Assembly (NCBI RefSeq): GCF_009834535.1
Contig: NC_045697.1
Location: forward strand, 77,626,001 to 77,690,000
DNA length: 64,000 nucleotides
From: Camelus ferus
Taxonomy: Eukaryota
Direction of reading: 5' to 3'
Each line of letters starts with the position of its first letter. Position 1 is the stretch's first letter. Made by a program: the position numbers and the translations under genes. Below are positions 39,816-52,387 of this stretch, in pieces. The notes beneath the pieces were generated by a model. That model saw nothing but the letters and a program-made list of their open reading frames with translations, did not search any database and was not told where the DNA came from.

Positions 39816-40254
39816 TAAAAATGGTATCTTATTAAATAATTTGCACAGCTGTGCCATTTTACTAGCTTTTATGCATACCAACATCATGGTAATAGAGCTT
39901 CAGATATTTTAAATTTATTCAAATTATCTACTGGAGGCTGTTGTAACAAAAATAATCATGCATATTGTGCACATGTTGCTACAGTGTGTGCAGATTTTTG
40001 AAACATGTTATTTTCGGTAGGAAGTGTAACTAGAATGGGAAATAAACTGCTTCATGGGAAACACTAAGTACAGTCATGCACCAAATAAAAAGGTTAGGAA
40101 ATAGGCAAACAGAGAGGGAAGGAATGTGAGTATCTCACACACTGACTCCTTTGAGGTTTTAACTTACTTTCCTACTGAGGAGATTCTTATTGGAAAACTT
40201 AGTAAGCTGGTTGCTCCGACAGGAGACTAGTATTAAAATATATAATTCAAGTCA

Positions 40255-40430
40255 TTATCCAGTACAGCCAGCAAAGGATGCTGCTACGTGAGAGAATGCC
40301 ATCCTGGCTTGTAATAGTGATAGGAAGGAGTAGTGTACACCAACATGGAAGCAACTGGACAATATCTATCAGCACTTTCCAGTGCAGTTTGATCCACATA
40401 TACCCGAGATATACAGTATTGCTGATAATA
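40255..40430 (+). mobile_element. CR1/L3 LINE fragment
   Basis: agccagcaaaggatgctgct...aatgccatcctggcttgtaatag...gtagtgt resembles the CR1/L3 ORF2 3' consensus (agccagcagtgtgatg..gctaatgcgatcctgggctgcatt). Confidence 0.45.
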
Positions 40431-40664
40431 AAGGATTGGCAACAACACAAATGCTCACGCACTGGAATGATACCCAACCTCAACAACAGTATACAATGTA
40501 GAAGCTCCTTTTTTTTTTTTAACTAAAATAAAACAACAATGAACATTTAACCACTGGGATTAATTGCAATGATATAGAAACACAAGGGCAGAACCTAGAT
40601 TTACATACCATATTAATAATATATTTTAAAATACCCAAAGCATAATGCATTGTATTAACAAAGT

Positions 40665-40860
40665 CTACCCTTTACGGAACTTCTAGTACTTGCCAGGCAC
40701 TTGAGAGACATTAACTGGACCCTCACAACTCTGAAAGGCAGTCACTGTGATACTCATTCAAGACAGGATCCTGAGTCTTCAAGGGGTGAATAATTTACTT
40801 AAGGTTATTCAGGTAAAGTGGAAGAGCTAGGATTTGAACTAAATGTTACAGGTCCAAGGC
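40665..40860 (-). mobile_element. MIR SINE
   Basis: tgccaggcact...cctcacaactctgaaaggcag...gagctaggatttgaac. Confidence 0.7.
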
Positions 40861-41084
40861 TAGGAAAAAACAAGCTCCCTGTGAATGCAAATGAACCAAA
40901 TCATTTAGAATCACACTGAGAATATAATGAACTCCCAACTATCAGCTAGGGCTCAAATGTTCAATCAGTATCTTCAAAAACAAAAGAGAAAGCAGAAGCC
41001 TGTTCTGGTGCAAAGTCACAGTTCATCTGATGAGGGCTTTCTATTTGTCGTGTCCTGTCGGGGACCCTCTCCTCCCAGATGCTC

Positions 41085-41340
41085 CCAGAACTAGCCTGCT
41101 CTCCTCATTTGGTTCATCTCAGATGATTCCTTTATAAAGTACTTCCCTCAACCTCTAGCTAAAACGGCTCCCTCTGGCCCCACTTATCAACATCCATCAT
41201 TATTTTATGTATTTGCTTACATGTTTAATGCCTCTCTGTCCCAGCGGCATGTATAGTCATGAAAGCAGGGGTCTTGCCCTGAAACAGTGTTTGACAGACA
41301 CCAAGCCCTTCTTGAACATTCATTGATTTGAGTAAATGAA
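41085..41340 (+). mobile_element. L2 3' end
   Basis: catgaaagcaggggtcttg...acagtgtttgacaga...tgagtaaatgaa. Confidence 0.6.
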
Positions 41341-43104
41341 ATTGTGCAAACAGTTCTTGAACTTCCTGTATATTGTAGCGGGCTTGATTGAAAGTCGTCT
41401 TATCAATTAGTATAAAATGTTTTAAGGGTGATAACATAAGTCACAATTAACTTTATTATGAGGAAATCCACCAGAGCTAAATATGAATTTAGGGGTTTTA
41501 AAGGCAGATACCAAATGGAAGAATTAGGGGTTTTGAGGGCAAAGATCAAAACTATTTAGAAGATCTTTAAAGGTCTTATCAAGTTGGGCTTTCTGAATAA
41601 GTGTTCAAAGCAGGAAAGGGGATAGATATTCCAGGTGACAGAAACAAGAGGAAGAGGATAGGATGGAAACACATGGGAAACCAAAAAGTGTTTCAGTCTG
41701 CAATGGTCATAAGCTTTCTACAGAAAAAAGGCAGCACTAACTCAGACAGGAATGGTGAGGTGAGGTCATACTGCAAAGAATCTTTGACTCAATGGCAACG
41801 CGGGAGTGAAGAAAATGTTTTAGGCAGTGTTGCAGCATAATGTTTCTGAACGCTCACTGAGAAGCTAAAAAAGCATTGTTGGATTAGGAACTCCCTTGTG
41901 TGGAAAGCTAGGCAAAAACAAAACGGTGGCTCATAGACATGCCAGTAGAAGCTACCTTTTAAGAAGAACTTCTAAAGTGTGAGACTATTGTAAGCAATTT
42001 ACACACCTTATCTAGTTTAATTCTTGCCAGAACCTCATTTGATTACTCCAATTTCACACTAAGAAATGAAGGCCCAGGGAGGTTAGTGAATGCCCAAGTT
42101 TATCAAACCCTCAGGTGGCCAAGGTGAATCTGGAGCTCAGTGTGTCTGCACCCGCAGGTGCCAGGCTCTCACCTGCTGCTTATCTAATGCCCCGTTCAGG
42201 GAAAGGGAGTTGAAGCCATGGTTTTAAAAAGGAAAAAGGAAAATTGTGTTGATAACATGGGTATTATGACCCAGGCACTAGGTAAGTGGTTCTAGATTAT
42301 TCAACTATACCAAGTCTGCCAGAGAGATGCCATGAAGGTTTGCTGAAAGACTGAAAACACAATGGAAGGCAGGAAGGTAGGCTGCTCCTTTCTGAGGAAA
42401 GGAAGGATTTCTGAAAAGTAACACAACGAGCGGCCTTTCTGTACATTTAATTTTTATAATGTTTATCCAAATTATGGCACACATATAAGCTTGTGCAGCA
42501 GGTTTGACTTTTATTCTGCAAAAAGAGAACTTGGCTTCTAACTAGTCAGACAAGCAATACAGATGGTTTGCTTAATGTCTGCAAACAATAATAAATTCAA
42601 AACAGCAACCCTCTCCAATACCCTCTCAGGTGAAAGTAGATGTGAAATAAGAGTGTGATTAAAATACCAGGGAACCTGTTTTAGATGAACCATATCCTAT
42701 TGTCATTTCATAGGTCAAAATATTTAAGTACTGGCCGTTTCATATAGCGCATCCTAAAGACTATCTGGGTTTGTGAAAGAAGAGGGCGCTTCCACTGCTA
42801 TGTTCCCACTTGATTTACTGTGGTTTTCTCCTGCCTCCTGGAGCAACCCCAGTTCCTCAGGCTGGCTTCCAAGTTGCTGGTCCACCCTCACGTGCCCAAC
42901 ATCATTCCTCACAACAACCCCAGTAAGCCTCACTCAGGCAGGGTCGAGTCTCCTCTCAGCCACTATTGCTGATCAAATCCTGTGTTTTAATAGCCCTGCA
43001 AGAAACAGAGTGGGTAGGAAATGAGCTTGGCTGGCCCAGCTCACAGAGTCACAGCAGAGCCACGCTTCAGCTGTCGTCCTCCACACATGGGGCTGACGTG
43101 GGCT

Positions 43105-43320
43105 GGGAGGAGCCAGGGTTCTGGTCTCGGGAGCTGGGCCTGTTGAAGGTGTAATTCCACATCACATACTTGCTATGGGGCAGAGGTGAGTTAACAATCA
43201 CCCCTCTGAGACTCAGTTTCCTCAGCTCTCAAACAAGCATTATTATTATGCATTCCTGTCGGGATTACCAGGAGGATTTCTGAAATAAGGTATATAGAGG
43301 TTGACAGGTAACACCTGCTT
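43105..43320 (+). mobile_element. MIR SINE
   Basis: ctctgagactcagtttcctcagctctcaaa, the MIR core. Confidence 0.6.
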
Positions 43321-45404
43321 CAAAAAACCAAACATTTACCCATGCATTGCAGAGAATCCAAGATGAATTCCCAAGGACAACCACCATCCTTTGCCTGTAG
43401 CCTGTGATCTACCAGGGAAGACCACCCAAGGAAGGGTGGTCTTCTCTCAGCAAAAAGACCAGTTCCTAACAAATTACCAACCAGTGATCCTGCTTTCAAC
43501 ACACCTGGCCACCTGCCCTGTCCATGGCACTGAGCCCCAGCGCTCCTGGGCCAGTTCATCGACAAAGCACAACTCAGAGCGGGTCCTCACAGAAGACAGT
43601 GTCAGCGTTACCCATTCCCTTGGGTACTGTGAATTCCAGCCTGCTGTCTGGTGAGATCAGGAAGTGGCTGGGGCCACAAGAATTACAGCCCCTGGGCTAT
43701 AGTGTTCTTCGACATTACATCACTGACTTTCCTCCAAAGATTGCTCTAAGTCTTTGGTCTAGGACCTTGGCTTGTCCTTAACTTCCTGCCAAAAAGATCA
43801 GCTCACTCTCTTGAGCAATAATTAGATGCTAGGATGCCCGCCTTTCTTTCCAGATAAGAACTCTCTTAAATTCTTGTGTTTCTACTTTTGCCCTGGCTAA
43901 CAGAAAGCAACTGAACAACTCAATCTCAGCACTTGGTACTCAGTCATGGCTGGCATATCAGAGAACATGCACTTTTCTCTTGCTACCACCTTAAAAGCAA
44001 ACTCCCAGTTCTCCTTTGTCAATCCAACCATATTAAAAGCTCTCAAGTTCGCTGCCTCCTAATGAAGTCTGTCTCTACATCCACTGCTGTGACGTTCCTT
44101 TCTCCTTTACTCTAATTCCTATATGCTGGCACTTGAATATTTGGTCTGCCATCTGGCATGTATCTGTATTTTCTATGGACATTTATTTGCCTTCCTGACT
44201 GGACTGTAATTCCAATGGATTGAGATATCTATAGAGGGTCTGTCTGCCTTCCCCCTCTGTCTTCTCACCTGTCTCCTGTATGGCAGGCACACTCTGATCT
44301 TTCAGTAATTACCAGCTAGTTTGACCCAAGAACAGACTGATCAGCTTGGATGCACACAGCTGCTGAAGACCGAGGCATCTGGAAGTCTCTCCACTAGCAA
44401 AATATTAGGTGCACTGAGACATAATTTTGGTTTCCTGGAGTAAAAACTTAATCCCATCTTCAAAAGATAATTATGATTAGAATTTGGGTACATTCCCAGT
44501 TAAAACTGTACTAACTGGACATGTTTGTACATATGGGTGTAAACAATGTGTGTTTTACAAACTGGCCAGGCTGTTTTCTAGGCAGGTATTTTTTTCCCTG
44601 TAGCAATATATGATGTACGTATTCTGTGAAGACATATGCCTCAGTAAAGCCATTTTAATGGGCATATAAGTGTCTATTAAAGATTTTCCTGGGTTTTTTG
44701 GTGGGGGAGGATCTTTCCATCTGAGCATTCTTGACTAGAGTTGATTTTTGTGAAGAACACACAGGTAGCTCACTGACATCATTATTTTTCTGAATATATA
44801 CGTAGAATTCTTATTTGCTTAGAGGCAGAAGAATAGAATACCCACCTCAATGTTTAAGGCTGTTTTAATGGTTCGTGTAGAACTTTTTGAGGCCTTTAGG
44901 TGCTAACAAGTATCAGGCCAATTAAGGAAGTTCCCTCTTGTATTTTTGGTACAAAGGTTGAGATTCAGTGCTTGATTCCACCCGGCAGGTCTCGTTAGGG
45001 AGTGCTTATTAGTTAAGATTAATGTTTCAGGAGAAATTCTGCCTTCACTTCACCTTACGTCTAGAGCCCAGAATATAAGTGAACATAGAAGGGTGACTCA
45101 AAGAAAAACAAAACAAAACCTTTCAAGAGTGAATCGGCATTTTTGAGCTGCACTTTTAGCTTTGTTATGTGAGCATTACATTGCTGTAAATTATCAGTGT
45201 AAGAGTCTAATTCAAAAGTTACAATCAGAATTTTTTCAAAGACTGCTATTTCATATGGTAGATTTCCATTGGTCTGGGACCTGCCTTAACAAAATGAAGC
45301 CCACTCTCCCACCCAACCCTACCCTTTTAATACAACGTCTTTGAAAATGGTTTCTGTGATTTTCCCACTAAGGTCTGATGTCATAGGCCAAAGTGAGAGA
45401 CAGA

Positions 45405-45632
45405 GGACAGCACGGTGGCTGGAGCCAGCCTGCCTGGGTTAGAAGCTCAGCTCTGTTGATTACCAGTCGCGTGACAGTTGGCAAGTTACTTATCCTGTCT
45501 GTGCCTGAGGTTCCTCAGCTTGCAAAACAGACCCAGTCACAAAGCATATTTTGTAAAACAGGGGCTTAAATGAGTCAATGTTCATAAAACTCTTCTTAGG
45601 CCCAGGATAGATGCTCATTAACTGTTAGTTAA
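45405..45632 (+). mobile_element. MIR SINE
   Basis: ctggagccagcctgcctgggtt...ggcaagttacttatcctgtctgtgcctgaggttcctca. Confidence 0.75.
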
Positions 45633-46097
45633 TATCCTTATCAAATGCCCAGTAGAAGTCTTCACATAAGGATTGCTCACTATTTCTAGCAAACATGATT
45701 CAGTCCCCTTCCACCTTCATCAATGCAACACAAGATTCACTGTGTATGTGTGTGCGCGTGCGCGCTCGTGTGTGGGCTGTTTTCAATTACCCATCCTTCT
45801 CCCTCCAGTTCTCTCTGGATTCTCCCTTAGGAAACCACAACAGGTTTTTTTCCCCCCTTATTATCTCCTTTAATAAAATTTTATATCTCTAGCTTCAAAG
45901 GCATGCTTTGTGATATAAATCTGAAAAGACAATTTCTCTGTACAAAGAGAGCCTTGCCTTCTTAGCGTTCTGTGAAGAAGTATTTTCACTGCTAAGCATA
46001 GGTGAGGGCTGCCATTATAAATTAGGGTCGTTCAGGACAGTATGAATTAGTGTTATCCAGGACTTGAACTTCGGATGCTACTTCCTACAACGGAATA

Positions 46098-46730
46098 CAG
46101 TTGATCCTCATTATTGCAAATTCACCTACTCACTAAAATTTGTTTCTCACCCCCAAATCTAAACATACAGGGCTTTCACAGTCGTTCGTGGTCATTCACA
46201 CAGCGGTGGATAATTTGAGTTGCCCAATGCCTGCGTTCCAGGCTGAGGTCAAACAAGGTAACACTTTGCCTTCTTGTTTCAACTCATCCTGTAAACGGTG
46301 TCCTTTTTCAGTCTACTTAGTGTCACATTTTTTGCACTTTTGTGCTTTTTGTAGGTGATTTCACTGTTTAAAATGCCCCTCCCCACCCCAGTGCTGAAAT
46401 GCCATCGAGTGTACCTAATTACAAGAAGGCTGTGTTGTGTCTTACAGAGAAATACATGTGTTGGATAAGCTTCATCCAGGCACGGGTTATGGTCCTGTTG
46501 GTTGTGAGTTCAATGTTAATGAATCAACTATGCATTACATAAGGTGTCTTTAAACAGAAACACACATAAAGCAAGGTTATACATTGACTGGCTGATGAAA
46601 ATGTTGTGACCAGAGGCTTGCAGGAACCTAACCCTATCATTTCCTCTAAGAGCAATGGTTCAGAATTTGCTAATTCGGTGTTTCCAGTGACTTTATAGAA
46701 CATAACTAGTCAAGTAATGAGAATCAACTG
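46098..46730 (+). mobile_element. MER82 (Tigger-family non-autonomous DNA transposon), full length
   Basis: TA|cagttgatcctcattat ... gtaatgagaatcaactg TIRs; internal gctgaggtcaaacaagg, caagaaggctgtg and gagttcaatgttaatgaatcaac. Confidence 0.85.
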
Positions 46731-47806
46731 TGCTTCCTATAAGGAGTGTGGGTTAGAGGTAGACAGTACTAATCCATCCAGGTAATCGATTAGACCCTGT
46801 GAAGGAAGACCCTGCTGAAGTATCACACATACTTCCTACTGGCTGCTTAGGTGAGTGATTACCTTTCCTCCTGAGAAATGTGATCTGACTTTGCTTAATT
46901 TAAAATACATCCTTGCAAAAATAAATAGTTGCATTATCCTGAAGTATTTAAAATTCGTGATGATTTTTTTTTTCAATTGCGGATTCTGCAAAGAGCTTTT
47001 AAGTCTTGTACAGTGAGAAAATGGACATTATGTTCCCTGGAATATGGGGATTTTTAAATCTGAACCTTCTGCTATATAGTGCAGGGGAAATGCATGAAAA
47101 CTAAGAACACTCCCCGGGTCGCCCAAACCTGCTTTTTCTTCAGGTTCCACGCACAAGAGGGAAAGCAGAATCTGGAGCCACAGTGACTTTTCACAATGCA
47201 TACGTCCAGCTGACACCTCCCAGCAGCCCTGAGCAGACTGAACCTATAGGTCTGTGTAAAAAAGTACAAAAAGCACACCATGCATCACCATAATAGTATG
47301 CAATTTCATCCGTTACAACACCTGCTTATCTAGATATTCAGATGGCACCTCTGACCTGCTTCTCCACCCGGACAACACAAATTGCTGGGTGTGAATTAGT
47401 CAAGCGTGAGAATGAACACAAGCAGAGAAATGTGAACTCAGGCTGTCAAGGCCCAGGAGCAGGCAGTAACAGAAGCAGGCAGAATGTGATCCCAGCAGAC
47501 CAATTTGCTCTCCGAGCGCTAGTCCCAGGATGGCAATAACTGCTCTAAGTTCCGTTAGTGCCCCGAACGATACCTACAACCAGGCATTTTCTCGTGCTAC
47601 AGCATCCACATTTGAAACACTTCAAAACACTCCTGACCATCATCCAAACTTCTATTAGGCAGGTGAACTTGGTTGATGGAGCAAACTACCTTTACAAAAT
47701 GGGATTTTAAAAATATTTTCAGTAAGAAGGGACAATAGCTCATACTCTAATTCCACTTTTTTCTTCAATGGATGTATCTTTTGAATTTAGAAAAAAATTT
47801 CCCTTT

Positions 47807-47864
47807 AAGAAAGAAAGAAAGAGAGAGAAAGAGAGAGAGAGAGAAAGAAAGAAAGAGAAAAAAA
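47807..47864. repeat. Polypurine (GA/GAAA)n tract
   Basis: About 58 nt of purines only on the + strand. Confidence 0.9.
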
Positions 47865-48884
47865 CTATTAGATTTGATGAGAACAGATTCATTATCTGAT
47901 TTCTAGATCTGCAGGAAACCATTTGAATGTAGTTCACCCTGCTGTTATTAAATAGTCCATGGCTGCAGTCTCACAAAACAACTTGGTAAACTATAAGAAA
48001 TTTCTTGATTAACTAGTTGGTCCTCCTGCAAGATGCTTTGGCAAAAAATACAGTGAAATGACATTACTTTCACTGCAAACTAAAAATTAAAAGCCATCTC
48101 AAATATCAGGATGTAGAGCCACTCAGCTTTTTAAAATATATTATCTTCTTAATGACAAATGCTGTTACCTCTGAAAGTAAATCAAAAGAAAAAAATTGAA
48201 AGTTCAGATGGTATCTCTTTTTTTGCTTGTGGTCCTACTGAATCAGATTGGACTTACTGAGAGTTTTCTACTGACACTGGGTTCTCTCCTGCACTGAGCT
48301 GGATTTTACTAGTGACAACACATCTTCACCAGATGGGATGTGCTTTCCCCTGTTAGACCTTTTAGTCGTGGATGCAACATCCATAGGTACAGAATATATT
48401 TAAAGCACAGGAAGCTGTCATATAATATACCATGAGCTTTACCTGTATTTTAATTTCACTCTAGAGTTGGTACCTCTATGCACCTAAATCAATCCCAAGA
48501 ATTTAATGCAGTGAATGAACATAATTATTTCTATTGCATACAGTTAACTCCTAGGCTACTTGTTGTCTATTAACCAATCATTCCTTTCTCTTCTTCATAC
48601 TTTCTAATGTGATCTTATGGCCTATACAATCTGAGAATGTGTAAGTTCCACTTATATCATAATTTCTGCTTACACTATAAATAAAATTTATAATTAAGAA
48701 ACTAATAAGAGACAGAACCATGGTTGGGCTCAATACATGACTGGGACATAAAAGTATATATAATGTTCTCATCTATAAAGTGGGCATGAAAATTCCTGAC
48801 TCACAGGGTTGCAGTGAGGGGACCACGAGACAGTGTTAATGTACTGCATAAAACTGTTCAATATTGACACACTGAACATCAATC

Positions 48885-49130
48885 ATGATAGCACACCTAA
48901 AACTTACATAGCATATAGCGTTCGTGAACACTTCACGTACATTAAGTGAATTACTTAATCAAAGCAACAACTCTATCAGGTCAGTATTGTTTTCCACATT
49001 TTACAGATAGGGAAGCTAAGGTTTAAAGAAGATATGTAACCTCCCCAAGGAGCTAGTATGTGTCTGAATAAGGATTCCAACCCAGGCAGTGTCTGGCCCT
49101 AGAGTCACTGTCATCCATCCCTCTATATGG
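48885..49130 (-). mobile_element. MIR SINE (a second, + strand MIR piece lies at ~48720-48875)
   Basis: cattttacagatagggaagctaaggtttaaaga...ggattccaacccaggcagtgtctgg. Confidence 0.75.
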
Positions 49131-50863
49131 TATCACTAGCACATGTTATTCGATCCAACAGAGACAATAATGACTACTCATTCCAAAGTAATGCCATGTT
49201 TTGGAGGGGGAGGTAAGATCTGCATTGAGGTTATGAACTGAGTACCTGAGTGAGTGACCATGAATGATACATTCTGACGTCAGTGAGCCCAGTACTTTGT
49301 CAATGCTCGGTCAAATTTTAGTACTCTCGTGCCATGCAGTGTGTAGAACTATTCTTTCTGAATCATGTGTTGGGACTTTGTTTAGGAGTTATTCATCCAC
49401 TTCCATTAGAAGGTTAGTATTTCAAGCTCTATCTTTAAAGATTAAGGAGTAACTCACAGAATAACTTACATTTAATATTACCATAAATAAGTCAACGTTC
49501 CACTTTTTAACAAGACCATTCTGTTTGTCTGGAGTCATGTATAAAGTATCAAAATGAATTTTATTGTCAGCTAGAACCTTACATTAAAGCAACATAATTC
49601 TCCCATTTACAGTTTGGTGAAGGAAGTATTTAAGAACATGGAAGAATGTTCCTTTCTATATAAAGAAAAAAAGGCAAGTTACAGAAAAATATGGTATGAA
49701 CTCTATGAAAATATTTTTGTTAAAAACATAGAGATGGGTAGATAGAAAGAAAGGGATGTTTTAAAAGATTTGCACTAAAATGTTAGTGTTGCTCTCAAGG
49801 TAACATTTACTTTCTTATTTTGCTTATTTGTGTTTCCTAAATTTTCTACAACACGTAACTTAAAGTTCCAGGCCTATCCACTGAATGAAGAAACTACAAA
49901 TGATGGGAGTTTATTCCTTTTAAAAATGTTTCTGTGATAGTACACATCTTTGCTTTATCAAGATGAATCCTAATACTTCTCTACACAAGTAAAATCTGAA
50001 GAAAAAAGTAAGGATTGTATGCATATCGCCTAATTTGAGGCCTCCAGTTGCATACAGTTTATTTGATGAGTCAAAACTATACATAAATTTCTGAAAATGG
50101 GTGGAAATATTAAATCTTTACACTCAGCTGAACTTATGAGAAAACAGGAGTATTTCTTTTCATTTTCACATGAAAAATCAATTTAAGCCAGCTACTGAAG
50201 ACAACTGGCAACTACTGATGGTCTGGCCCAAGATCAATGAAAACATAATTTATAGTAATACTTCGGAAAACTGCTACATCCCAGATGTCCTAGACTCTGC
50301 ATATAAACAAGACATTTGGAGCTGCTATACTTTAACTACCTAAGGAAAGCAGTTTAAATGTATTACGGCACATCTAGATATGACAGACCATAAAAGTAAA
50401 AAAGCCTACTATCCTTCCCACTAAGCAAAATGCAATCCTGAAAGGGGCATCCACCTGCACCAGTTTTGGTTATAGTCATTAAATCCACCGTGAGAGGGTA
50501 GGACAAGCAGAATTAACCAGCTTCAAGGTCCCGAGACCCTGTCTCTCTAGCATTGCTGGGAAAAAAGGAGCCCCTGGACACCAAACACTTTGTGGGGAAG
50601 AAACAATCTCCGCAAAAAGTCTAGTCCGGTGATGGAGTAGATCTGACATCAAGCTTTCAGTAACTTAGCCGTGATATAACTCTTAAAAACACGGCAGAGT
50701 CTTCCTTTGCTCCACGTAGTTTTTCATTGTGAGTGTGTTGTTTCATCTGTGTAATAATAATGCAAGTTCAAAAAGCCAGCCATCTGGTTTGCCTGCATTA
50801 TTCACATAAAATATCCACAATCTGGGCCTACACACCAGTTACAGGGTGTTGACCACTTCTTAC

Positions 50864-50910
50864 CTGCTTCAACAGAACTGAAGGAGGAATTAGCATCAAC
50901 ATTTGTTCAA
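50864..50910 (-). other. Candidate internal exon (47 nt, likely 5'UTR) of the unidentified minus-strand gene
   Basis: Near-consensus signals: branch-like cttac, then tttgtttttttcag|TTGAAC; donor AAGCAG|gtaaga; unique sequence. Confidence 0.65.
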
Positions 50911-51871
50911 CTGAAAAAAACAAAGTAAGCCCAATAACTAATAAAGACTTATTTTTTTAATTACCACGATATTGATATTATATGGCATTGAAATTGAAGC
51001 CTATTTTCAAAATAAATGAAGTGTGAATATTTATAAAGCATTTAAGGTATGTGAAAATTTGTTTGAATGTTTAGAAATTTATCAGAAGTTTATAATGTGA
51101 AAACTCCTGTTTTAATGTTTCACAAAGTCAAGTAAAATCAGATAGCCCTGACTCTCTACTGGCCAGAATTGCATCCACATATTCAGAGATTGTGCTAGTC
51201 AGAACATTTTATACTTGGTAAGTTATAATTTTGGTATTGGACTCATAAACACGTTGCTCTAGAATATAAAATGATGTGTAATTTCTTATGCTCTATTTTA
51301 GGGTAGTTTTCAAATTAAAAAAAAAAAATTCTATAACAGGGAAAAACTTCCCTTCAAAAATTACCTGAAACGAGATAAATGAAACTTTTCTTCTGCTGTT
51401 ACAGAAGAAGGTAATAAATGTTTCGCAGATTACATTTCTTAATTTACTTCAAAAAATATTATTTTTTGAGGAAATAGTACCTTAACACTCTTTTAGAAAA
51501 ATCAAGTCTAACTAATGTAACTAAAACATATTAAATATGCAATATTTTCTTTTTTGCTCCTTTAGTATATTTCTAATCTATTGCTTATTTTCTTGCACCC
51601 AGAAAGAATACGTATTTAAGTTGTCTGTAGCTTAAGAGAGGATCTTTTTCCAGATTTATAGAAAGGATAAACCAAAAGATCATCATTAAATCAATTACAG
51701 AGATTTTAAAAACTATATCCCACATGATTTGGAACCATTCTCCTCCAACCTCCCTTTCCCGCTCCTGTGCCCTGTTGGTTGCTGCCTGAGACAATGCAAA
51801 GACTAGCAGAGAATGTAAGTCTTCCTAGACACAGCTAACGTAAAAACAAACACTACTTTTTACGTTCTTAA

Positions 51872-52387
51872 TGAGGTGGGAAGCCCCATGAAAAAGATGG
51901 CAGAACCCCCCAGGCAAGGCCGCTACACTCCTGCCAGCACCATTCGGTTCCCTGGCCCAGCAGCATTATTTCGCTTTTTAAACTCTGAAACGGCTTACTT
52001 CTAGGAAAGCAGAATTTACCCCTAAGATTCTATTGGTTCCCTGAGCTAACTTCTGATTGGTCCATTTGTAGCACTTCATTTGCATGGAGCTCACTCCTGA
52101 TTGGCCCATTTTCCTCACTCCTGATTGGTCCATTTCTACAAAGCTTGTTCCTAATTAGTCACCTTTGTTATACCTTATTTGCATATGATGTTACAAAATG
52201 TTGCAAAGTCTAGACTGGTGGCCTATAAAAGCCTGTGTAGAGCTTGGAACGTTAACTCCTCTGGGCCCACTGCGGTAATAAACCTGAGTTCTCCAACTCT
52301 CCGAGTGCTGCTTGGTCTCTCTCCCGGATCCAGGTTGCTGTCACAACTAAGCTGTAACACTGAGCTGTAGCACACCTTTCTGCAACA
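51872..52387 (+). mobile_element. ERV1-class solo LTR (516 bp), intact ends
   Basis: TG...CA termini flanked by a perfect 4-bp TSD ttaa (51868 and 52388); TATAAAA at 52224 and AATAAA at 52277. Confidence 0.9.
52030..52230 (+). promoter_or_regulatory. LTR U3 promoter motif cluster (4 inverted CCAAT, 2 octamer, Sox-like, TATA)
   Basis: ATTGG at 52032, 52056, 52100 and 52124; ATTTGCAT at 52078 and 52177; CTTTGTT at 52163; TATAAAA at 52224. Activity is not shown. Confidence 0.55.

Noticed and set aside
49274..49283. Perfect CRE palindrome ctgacgtcag
   Set aside because: A single isolated motif with no supporting context.
1912..50072. Recurrent AP-1 motifs (TGACTCA/TGAGTCA), roughly 15 noticed
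   Set aside because: About 8-10 are expected by chance in 64 kb, and they are dispersed rather than clustered.
51355..51385. Other AG|GT juxtapositions (tttcag|gtaatt near 51364; tttcag|gtaatg near 32544)
   Set aside because: The donor halves are weaker than at 35452 and I saw no obvious partner donor; these are expected by chance.
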